DNA from: Octopus sinensis
Lineage: Eukaryota
NCBI RefSeq assembly: GCF_006345805.1
Contig: NW_021828677.1
Coordinates: 1 to 7,922, forward strand
Length of the DNA: 7,922 bases
Reading direction: 5' to 3'
Under the pieces are notes generated by a model. It was not told the DNA's origin. It ran no database searches and saw nothing but the letters and a program-made list of their open reading frames with translations. This document shows, piece by piece, positions 1 through 7,360 of the stretch. Positions within the stretch are counted from its first letter, which is position 1. Every line of letters begins with the position of its first letter. A program made the position numbers and the translations under genes.

Positions 1-428
1 CCGGTAATGGCTCTCACTCTGGAAGAAGCTGCCTTAAACAGATTTTGCACTACAGTGACTAGGTGGTGATACAGTTAAAATATCGCTCTAACGTGGCCTT
101 TGGTAAGGTTGATCATGTGACGATAAGTCACAAACTAATAAGACCTGGCATAACTGGAAAGCTCAGAGAGTGGTTGCATGACTTCTTAAAAGAAAGAGAC
201 CAGGCTGTAGCAGCCAACAGAGCCCTCTCCACGAAAACAGCAATAAAATGTGGCGTGTCTAAGTGAATTGTATGAGCCAAAATCACATACGGAGCATGAT
301 CTTGGATTGATATAAGCAACAATACCTAGTTTCATATCCATATCGCCAATATGGTTGCAGTGTGCAGGCATATGGCTGGCTGGATTCTGAGAACCTTCAG
401 AACAAGGGACTAGGAAACTATGCTTCTT
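1..428 (+). mobile_element. Decayed non-LTR retrotransposon (LINE, CR1/L2/Jockey-like) ORF2 reverse-transcriptase fragment, internally deleted
   Basis: Frame 3 from nt 9 reads GSHSGRSCLKQILHYSD*VVIQLKYRSNVAFGKVDHVTISHKLIRPGITGKLREWLHDFLKERDQAVAAN...CGVSK*. This matches the LINE RT motifs HGFRxGRSC, AFDKVDH, WLxxFL and SGVPQG. DLG follows at 298-306, then after a frameshift DISNNT*FHIHIANMVAVCRHMAGWILRTFRTRD*ETML (GWILRTF at 378-398). Stops at 60-62, 264-266, 327-329 and 411-413. No YADD motif. Clade assignment is by motif recall only. Confidence 0.85.
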
Positions 429-429
429 T

Positions 430-830
430 TATAAATATTGTTTAATTCTATTTAATTATTTATTTAACTATTATTGCAATTATTGTTGACCTGAGGAGTT
501 ACTATAATTTTAAATTGAATTGTCTTTTGATTAAATTAAAGTTTAATTTAATTAGAATTTAAATTCTAGCCATGAAACGTACGTAGTCTTTTTACTTACT
601 ATATATTATTTATTCATTTTTATACTTTTTGTGATCTAGTTATATATTTTATAGTATATTTTATTTTTTCTTTATGATTTGGTTTATGTCTATCATTGTT
701 TGAATTGCATAATAATGGTTTTTCTCTAATTTATATATATTATATATTTACATTGAGAAATTTGATTTAATACTAAATTGAATATTTCCCTGTAAGTTTG
801 GAGTTATACTCCCTAATATTATTATTATAT
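430..830. other. Very AT-rich low-complexity region (possible 3' UTR or downstream flank of the ankyrin gene)
   Basis: Almost entirely A/T. Minus-strand AATAAA hexamers at 665-660 and 614-609, which are expected by chance at this composition. Confidence 0.55.
748..789 (-). CDS. Candidate terminal coding exon of the ankyrin-repeat gene (GNIQFSIKSNFSM*)
   Basis: Minus strand reads ctccaaacttacag|GGA AAT ATT CAA TTT AGT ATT AAA TCA AAT TTC TCA ATG TAA, with the acceptor AG at 791-790. Phase 0 matches the donor at 2174. MLNK|GNIQFSIK resembles the ankyrin LLxxGaDvNik linker. The pyrimidine tract is weak and the peptide is short. Confidence 0.35.
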   Translation of the reverse strand, partial: GNIQFSIKSNFSM

Positions 831-831
831 A

Positions 832-923
832 ATATATATATATATATACATACATATATATATATATATACTTGTGCATTTGTGTGAGTGTTTGTGCCTG
901 TGAATTCATGCGTTTGCGAAAAC

Positions 924-981
<58 letters not shown>

Positions 982-1026
982 ATAGATAGATAGATAGATA
1001 AATATATAGAAATAGATACACACACA
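832..1026. repeat. Compound microsatellite (TA)n / (TACA)n / (GATA)n / (CA)n
   Basis: Directly visible tandem di- and tetranucleotide runs with a short unique interruption at about 871-910. Confidence 0.95.
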
Positions 1027-1033
1027 TCCATTT

Positions 1034-1416
1034 GTACAAGGTTGTAGTGTAAGGAGCTTTTTTCCCAACCATACACGGTTCCACGTTGAATCCCTCTGCA
1101 TGGAAACTCAGGCAAGTAGATTCCACTCTTACCTAGGGCTGAACAAAATCTTGTAAGTGGATTTGGTAAATGAAAACAGAAAGAAGCTTAATAACAGGTG
1201 TCTATGTGTGTGCCTATGTATGTGTGTGTGAGTGAGTGTTTGTGTGTGTATGTGTGTGTTAGTGAGTGTTTGTGTGTGTGTGTGTGTGTAGTGGTTCAGC
1301 AAAAGGCTGAGAGGATAAGTGATACGCTTAAAATAATAAAAGTACTAGGATCGATACAGTAGACTAAAAATTCAAGGTGATGCCCCAGCATGGCCGCAGT
1401 CAAATGCCTAAAACAA
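1034..1416 (+). mobile_element. SINE copy A (tRNA-derived head, CORE-like box, internal (GT)n, 3' body); diverged, part of body deleted
   Basis: 1034-1190 is a degenerate reverse complement of the heads of copies B, C and D (e.g. cttgtaagtggatttggtaaatgaaaacagaaagaagctt). (GT)n tract at about 1200-1289. The 3' body ends in ccagcatggccgcagtcaaat (1385-1405). The cttgacaaccgatgctggtgtgtttacgtcccc block seen in B, C and D is missing. Confidence 0.8.
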
Positions 1417-1476
1417 TATATATATTTATTCATTTACTCATTTTTTGTTTCAGTTATTTGACTGCGGCCATGCTGG
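1385..1476. repeat. Inverted repeat: perfect 21-bp stem with 50-nt spacer, formed by tail-to-tail SINEs A and B
   Basis: ccagcatggccgcagtcaaat (1385-1405) is the exact reverse complement of atttgactgcggccatgctgg (1456-1476). Pairing extends imperfectly both inward and outward. Confidence 0.95.
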
Positions 1477-1824
1477 AGCACCGCCTTAAATCGAGCAAAT
1501 CGACCCCCGGACTTATCCTTTGTAAGCCCAGTAATTATTCTATTGGTCTCTTTTGACGGGGACGTAAACACACCAGCATCGGTTGTCAAGCAATGCTAGG
1601 GGGACAAACACAGACACACAAACATATACATACACATACATATATATATATACATATATACGACAGGCTTCTTTCAGTTTCCGTCTACCAAATCCACTCA
1701 CAAGGCTTTGGTCGACTTGAGGCTATAGCAGAAGACACTTGCCCAAGGTGCCACACAGTGGGACTGAACCCGGAACCATGTGGTTGGTAAGCAAGCTACT
1801 TACCACACAGCCACTCCTGCGCCT
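1441..1824 (-). mobile_element. SINE copy B (full length, Pol III boxes recognisable)
   Basis: Minus strand begins aggcgcaggagtggctgtgtggtaag. A-box-like TGGCTGTGTGG at 1813-1803, B-box-like GGTTCAGTCCC at 1770-1760, CORE-like CCTTGGGCAAGT at 1748-1737. Internal CA/TA microsatellite at about 1605-1660. Colinear with copies C and D. Confidence 0.9.
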
Positions 1825-1833
1825 ATATATCTA

Positions 1834-1900
<67 letters not shown>
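1825..1900. repeat. (TC)n(TA)n microsatellite abutting the head of SINE B
   Basis: Directly visible. Confidence 0.95.
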
Positions 1901-1902
<2 letters not shown>

Positions 1903-2174
1903 GATATCTGTTATATTTTGGTTCATCTCATAATGACCTTGTTTTATTTGACCATTAAAGATATTATTATCAGTGGTGGTGGTCAGTTGGACAGTCAACA
2001 CCGCTAATATCAACATCAACATGATCAATATACAATTCCTCCACAAACCCAAGTGTTTTGTAGTACATGTGATTAAATCAATTCCCATTATTTTACTGGT
2101 ACATTGGTAATATTTATATTATAAAGATCGATAAGATACTGGAGAGTGTATATAATATATATTTATTAACTAAC

Positions 2175-2211
2175 CTTGTTCAGCATCACAGACACAACAC
2201 CATAGCGTTGG
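2175..2211 (-). CDS. Ankyrin gene exon D, 37-nt micro-exon ((G)QRYGVVSVMLNK)
   Basis: Strong acceptor ttttcatgtttttctttcctcatccattactttcag (AG at 2213-2212) and donor AAG|GTTAGT (2174-2169). Phase 2 in, phase 0 out. Supplies helix 2 of the repeat started in exon C. Confidence 0.75.
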
Positions 2212-4153
2212 CTGAAAGTAATGGATGAGGAAAGAAAAACATGAAAAAAACAAACATTACACAGCTTGAGATAATAATTATTAGGTCATTAAAGAAAACA
2301 AATGTAATTAGGTCACAATAACTTAATTACAGCAATTATTACACACATACTCACACACACACATATATTTATTCAATACACACTCTACACAGTAGAACAA
2401 TGATATATACACACCTGAGTAAACCCAGAAATGTAAAGACAGGAAAAATACTGCTAAGAATTCTGACAGCTGATATAAACATGGAATTTAGGAAGGAAAG
2501 AAGGGCTACAGGTAATCATATGAACCCCAGTACATGACTGGTATTGTATTTTATCAACCTTGCAAAGATGGGAGGAGAGGTTGACCGTGGCAGGATTTGA
2601 ACTCTGAACGTAAAGAGTCGTAAATAAAATAACACAATTTATTTTCTCAAAAAGTAATTAGAAACAAGAACAGGAGAAAAGAAGGAAGACAGTTTATTAA
2701 AGGAACCCCTGGGTATTACTGGTACAGATTATATTGACCCCAAAGTGATAGTAAATATTCTGGAAGGATTTGAACATGGAACATAAAAGAGACAAATGTA
2801 AATACTGCATGGGGATGATTCTGTATTTAGCCCAGGGTCGGAGTAAATAGGGAAACTACAATGGAGAGAAAGTGAGGAAGAAAGAGAGAGAGAGAAAGTA
2901 GTTCTAGATGGGATGAAAGGAAGAAGAGAGAGGATTTGAACCTGTGACGTTGAGGAAATGGAGAACGAGTTGAAGTAATGTGTCCAGTCAGGCAACAACA
3001 ATAACAATTATGGTAATGATTAATTAATAAAGTAGATTACAGTGCGAAAGAGAGAAGAAAGACAATGACCCCATGGTGGGATTATGACATGAATGACTGA
3101 ATGAAAAAGAAACAAACATTATTGAAAACATAAAAGAAACAGATTTGGATATTCCAGATCCAATGGGGACTTACCCCCGAACTGCCTTATGCAGTGGTGT
3201 GTCTCCATTGTTGTCTACCACATTGACATCGATGCCATTGTGACCCAACAACAGCTCGGCAGTGTGCAAGTATCCCTGATCACAGGCCCAGTGCAGCGGT
3301 GTGCGACCATAGTCATCTCGAGGATTAACCTGATAAAGAAAAGAATAAAAACATTAAAAATGGTGTCTGAAAGGGGAGTCGGGTGGTGAAGAATTAAAAG
3401 AAAAACTCAGAGAAAAAGAGAAGAGAAGGAATGAAATTAATTAAACAGCTGGAATGATTGGGGTGGGGAGTAGGTAATAGAGATTTCTATTGTATATACA
3501 CACACGTGTATACACACATACATACATATGTACATATAAATATATTTATACACACACACAAACACACGCATATAGGATGAATAACTCAATAAATAAGCAC
3601 ATAGAGCAGCAAAATGTGTGTGTGTGTGTATGTGTGTGTGTTCATAATTACATTTATTCTTTTATTCTTTCATTTGTGTCAGTCATGTGACTGTGGCCAT
3701 GCTAGAGCACTGTCGTTAGTTGAGCAAATCGACCCCAGTAAGCCTAGTACTTATTTTATTCGTTTCTTTTGCAGAAACGCTAGTTTACGGGGACGTAAAC
3801 ACACCAGCATCGGTTGTCAAGCGATGTTGGGGACAAACACAGACACACAAACACACGCACGTACACACAGACACACATAACACACACACACATACACAAA
3901 CTCATATGTATATATATATATATGTACACACACACACACACACACACATATATAGATTTATACATATTTATATATATATACATACGACAAGCTTCTTTCA
4001 GTCTCCATCTACCAAATCCACTCACAAGGTTTGCTCAGCCTGGGGCTATAGCAGAAGACACTTGTACATTTTGCCATGCAGTGAAAATGAACCGGGAACC
4101 ATGTGGTTGGTAAGCAAGTTACTTACCACACAGCCACACCTGCGCCTCTCTCT

Positions 4154-4213
<60 letters not shown>

Positions 4214-4646
4214 GTGTGTGTGTGTGTGTGTGTAAATAGATCTTTTTTACTCTTTTGCTTGTTTCCATCATTTGACTGTGGCCATGCTGGAGCACCACAT
4301 TTAGTCGAGGAAATTGCGACCAGGACTTATTCTTTGTAAGCCTAGTACTTATTCTATCGATCTCTTTGCCGAACCGCTAAGTTACGGGGGCGTAAACACA
4401 CCAGCATCGGTTGTCAAGCGATGGTGGGGAACAAAGACGCACACTCAAACACACATATATATATACATATATATAACGGGCTTCTTCCAGTTTCCGTCTA
4501 CCAAATCCACTCACAAGGCTTTGGTCGGCCCGAGGCTATAGTACAAGACACTTGCCCAAGGTGCCACTAAGAGGGACTGAACCCGGAACCATGTTGTTTA
4601 TAAGCAATCTACTTACCACACAGCCATCCCTGTGCCTGTATATATA

Positions 4647-4698
<52 letters not shown>

Positions 4699-4736
4699 TA
4701 TAACTATATATATATATTATATATATAATATATATA

Positions 4737-4775
<39 letters not shown>

Positions 4776-4780
4776 TATAA

Positions 4781-4855
<75 letters not shown>

Positions 4856-5146
4856 ATGTTCCTCATGAAGCTTTTTAATATAAACATTTCTTAATGAAAT
4901 TTTCTGAAAATCCATCCCTTTCAATGTCTTAATCAACGATTATGTCTGGAGTTGTGATTGGTTTGAAACTAATCAAATGCTTCTGTTTTCTCAACATAAT
5001 CGTCATCGAAAATCAATGATTATCATTAAAAAGTAGGAAACACCAGAAAGTTATGGGGAAAAATACGGGGGCTCAGGAAGTATATATATATATATATATA
5101 TATGAGTGTGTGTGTGTGTGTGTATACATACTCATATATACGTGTG

Positions 5147-5178
<32 letters not shown>

Positions 5179-7317
5179 CTAATATATAATATAATATATA
5201 TATATATATATACATACTAATATAGGGTGAAGTTATTTTTACAGAAAAAGATTCCATCAAAAAATGTGGCAGCATATTGAATAACTTTACAGTTAAATTA
5301 TAAACAACTTATAAATAAGGGTAAAGAAAAGTATTTCAATGACAAGTTGCTGATAAGAGACTTTAAAATCGTCAATTTCGACATATTATTTACTCGCTAC
5401 AGAAAAAAAAACACTAAGAACTGAAACCGGGAGAAGCCGGACGATAGAATGTTTTTTAAAAAGTTCGTTATTTCTATATTGAATCAATTTCGGAATTAAT
5501 CTCATAATAGATTCTTTCCTCTTCAGTAGAACATACGAAAGGATATAAATAAGATACTTACCTCACTGCCCCGAGATAGTAAGATCTCCACTGCATGAAG
5601 GTGATTCCTGAGAGTAAAAGATAGAAACATTGACTAATTTACATTAAATATGAAAATATTTTGGCTTTGAGACGAAACATCGTCATCATCATCATCATCA
5701 TTATCACCTGCACTATTATCATCAATATCGTGTTCATCAACATCATTACCATCATCATCATTGCCACCACCTCCATCATTGACAAAATCATCATCATCAT
5801 CATCGCTATCATCATCATCGCCATCGTCGCCATCATCATCATCGCCTTCATCATCATCACCATCTTCATCACCTGCACTATTATCAATATCATGTTCATC
5901 AACATCATTACCATCATCATCATTGCCACCACCTCCATCATTGACATAATCATCATCATCATCATCATCAAAGCCTTCATCATCATCACCCTCATTGCCA
6001 ACACCATCATCATCATTATCATCTTCAACATCTCCAATATCATCATAATCAATATCATCATCATCATCATCATCATTATCATCATCATCATCCTCATCAT
6101 CATCATCATCACCATCATCATCACATCATCATCATCATCATCATCATCATCAACACCATCATCAACAGCAAGATCAACCTCATCAATATCATCATCATCA
6201 TAATCATTATCATCATCATCATCATAATAATAACATCATAATCATCATCATCATCATCGTCATCATCACGATAATCATCATAATAATCATCGTCGTCATC
6301 ATCATCATCATCATCGACATCATCATCATCATCATTATCATCACCATCATCATCATCATCATCATTATTATCAACATCTTCATCATCGTCGTTATCATCA
6401 TCATCATCATGGTCGTCATCATCATCATTATCGTCATCATCATCATAATCATCATCATCACCATCTCCATCATCATCTTCATCATCGTCGTTATCATCAA
6501 CATCATGATCATCATCATCATAATCATCATCATCATCATCATCAACACCATCACCATCATCAGCTTCATCATCGTGGTTATCATCGTCATCATCATAATC
6601 ATCATTGTTGTTATCCTCATCATCGTCGTTATCATTATCATCAGTATAATCATAATCATCATCATCATCGTCATCATCCCCCTCATTGCCACCACCATCG
6701 TCTTCATCATTCGTCGCCACTATAATCATAATCAACATCATCAGCGACATCATATAATCATCATCATCATCATCATCATCATCACCATCATCGCCTCCAT
6801 CATCAACTACATCAACAACACCATCATCATGATCGACATCATCATCATCACCACCTCCATCATTATCATCAACATCATCAACAACATCATCATCATGATC
6901 GACATCATCAATACCGTCATCGTCATCATCATCGCCGTTATCATCATCATCATCATCGGGATTGTTATGATTGAATAATGACTAATGAATTGGATCGATG
7001 ACTAAAGAGAAGCTTGTTGTTGTTGTTGTTGTTTGCTAGTCTGCTGTTGTGCTGTTGTCCCACAACTCTGGCCTCTTTGTATATTGAACCTGTGTCTGCA
7101 ATTGCAACAAATTTACAAACAAAAACACATCTGCAGATTTTACTTGATTCTCAACTTACCTCGACACAGCCCAATGTAAAGCTGTCTGACCCCATCTGTC
7201 TTTCGATCTCACATCTCCTCCTTCTTCTATCAATATTTCGATGATTCTTCTATCGGTGCCCCTTACACAGGCCCACATTAAAGGAGTTGTTCCAGATCCA
7301 TCAATAGGTTTATTAAT
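2175..7317 (-). CDS. Spliced ankyrin-repeat protein gene (partial; four exons in window, four ANK repeats, 132 aa)
   Basis: join(7317-7160, 5607-5562, 3329-3175, 2211-2175) translates without stops to INKPIDGSGTTPLMWACVRGTDRRIIEILIEEGGDVRSKDRWGQTALHWAVSRNHLHAVEILLSRGSEVNPRDDYGRTPLHWACDQGYLHTAELLLGHNGIDVNVVDNNGDTPLHKAVRGQRYGVVSVMLNK. It has four TPLH-type motifs. All introns are GT-AG with matching phases (2,0,2); lengths are 1552, 2232 and 963 nt. Not assignable to a named orthologue. Confidence 0.9.
2416..2622 (-). mobile_element. Degraded fragments of a second tRNA-derived SINE family
   Basis: Minus strand of 2622-2523 contains a B-box GTTCAAATCC (2602-2593), followed by a gttgataaaatacaataccagtcatgtactggggtt body that resembles the ...ataagt...ctggggtcga body of copies A-D. 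2416-2471 looks like a second head fragment. Family recognition is from memory. Confidence 0.55.
3175..3329 (-). CDS. Ankyrin gene exon C, 155 nt (VNPRDDYGRTPLHWACDQGYLHTAELLLGHNGIDVNVVDNNGDTPLHKAVR+GG)
   Basis: Acceptor tttttattcttttctttatcag (AG at 3331-3330) and donor GG|GTAAGT (3174-3169). Canonical ankyrin GxTPLHxA...LL...DVN...GxTPLHxA. Not in the ORF track. Confidence 0.93.
3490..3642. repeat. Compound (CA)n/(TA)n/(GT)n microsatellites
   Basis: Directly visible; source of the spurious ORFs 3490-3690 and 3614-3880. Confidence 0.85.
3652..4147 (-). mobile_element. SINE copy C (full length, long internal microsatellite, damaged B-box and CORE-like box)
   Basis: Colinear with B and D: gtaaacacaccagcatcggttgtcaagc, ccaaatccactcacaagg and ggaaccatgtggttggtaagcaag are shared. 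Internal CA/TA tract at about 3835-3985. The B-box region reads gtgaaaatgaacc on + instead of gggactgaacc. Confidence 0.9.
4148..4233. repeat. (TA)n(GT)n microsatellite between SINEs C and D
   Basis: Directly visible. Confidence 0.95.
4241..4637 (-). mobile_element. SINE copy D (full length, Pol III boxes recognisable)
   Basis: B-box-like GGTTCAGTCCC at 4583-4573 and CORE-like CCTTGGGCAAGT are intact. The head is roughly 85-90% identical to copy B by manual comparison. Short internal CA/TA tract at about 4437-4476. Confidence 0.9.
4638..4847. repeat. Long interrupted (TA)n array
   Basis: About 210 nt of TA, with three copies of TAATATATATATAACTA at 4690, 4726 and 4767. Confidence 0.95.
5081..5222. 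repeat. Compound (TA)n/(GT)n microsatellite
   Basis: Directly visible. Confidence 0.9.
5562..5607 (-). CDS. Ankyrin gene exon B, 46-nt micro-exon ((R)NHLHAVEILLSRGSE)
   Basis: Acceptor gtttctatcttttactctcag (AG at 5609-5608) and donor GAG|GTAAGT (5561-5556). Phase 2 in, phase 0 out. Completes GQTALHWAVSR-NHLHAVEILLSRGSE-VN, a textbook ankyrin repeat. Confidence 0.9.
5678..6957. repeat. Degenerate (ATC)n/(GAT)n trinucleotide array, ~1.28 kb, intronic, with internal segmental duplications
   Basis: Continuous CAT/ATC triplets with substitutions. Duplicated blocks start cacctgcact at 5705 and 5870 (165 nt apart) and gatcgacatc at 6831 and 6897 (66 nt apart). Confidence 0.95.
7014..7033. repeat. 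(TTG)n microsatellite
   Basis: ttgttgttgttgttgttgtt is directly visible. Confidence 0.85.
7160..7317 (-). CDS. Ankyrin gene exon A, 158 nt (INKPIDGSGTTPLMWAC...GQTALHWAVS+AG)
   Basis: Acceptor tcctcactttcttcattacag (AG at 7319-7318) and donor AG|GTAAG (7159-7155). Corresponds to ORF 7156-7341, whose MSSLSSLQ start is really the polypyrimidine tract and whose stop lies in the donor site. Confidence 0.9.
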
Positions 7318-7360
7318 CTGTAATGAAGAAAGTGAGGACATGTGAAATAGAGAAATTCCA

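Noticed and set aside
1127-1149. Minus-strand donor-like AG|GTAAGA at 1132 suggesting another exon
   Set aside because: It lies inside the head of SINE A. The only nearby acceptors give 6-17 nt pieces with no ankyrin-like sequence.
1954-2040. Short minus-strand frame ELYIDHVDVDISGVDCPTDHHH* as a possible terminal exon
   Set aside because: There is no polypyrimidine tract or convincing acceptor upstream and no ankyrin similarity.
748-2088. ORFs containing YIYIYI / HTHT / CVCV runs (also 3490-4541)
   Set aside because: They are translations of (TA)n/(CA)n microsatellites and SINE sequence. The same pseudo-peptides (EPGTMWLVSKLLTTQP) recur wherever the SINE recurs. Only the last 14 codons of ORF 748-1101 are kept as a tentative exon.
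3189-3389. 66-aa plus-strand ORF
   Set aside because: It is the antisense shadow of ankyrin exon C. The minus-strand frame has the recognisable motifs and splice sites.
1034-4637. Repeated conserved blocks with variable intervening sequence (CRISPR-like or tRNA genes)
   Set aside because: The units are about 400 nt, irregularly spaced, in both orientations, and the variable parts are microsatellites. There are no cas genes and the context is eukaryotic and spliced. The A/B boxes belong to SINE heads, and I found no cloverleaf.
5219-5250. TATAGGGTG next to a TA tract, resembling a Tc1/mariner terminal inverted repeat
   Set aside because: I found no matching inverted copy and no transposase remnant in the window.
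6121-6753. 210-aa Asp-rich ORF resembling acidic biomineralisation proteins
   Set aside because: It is the GAT frame of the intronic (GAT)n array. GAT needs two substitutions to become a stop, so long open frames are expected. There is no signal peptide or unique domain, and it lies inside a well-defined intron.
5639-6978. Poly-Met, poly-Ile and poly-Ser ORFs (5639-6124, 5661-6203, 5761-5949, 6222-6710, 6409-6978)
   Set aside because: These are alternative frames of the same trinucleotide array, with no evidence of coding selection.
7014-7244. Plus-strand ORF with a signal-peptide-like N-terminus (MLLLLLFASLLLCCC)
   Set aside because: It starts at a TTG within the (TTG)n microsatellite that creates the Leu run, and it overlaps ankyrin exon A in antisense.
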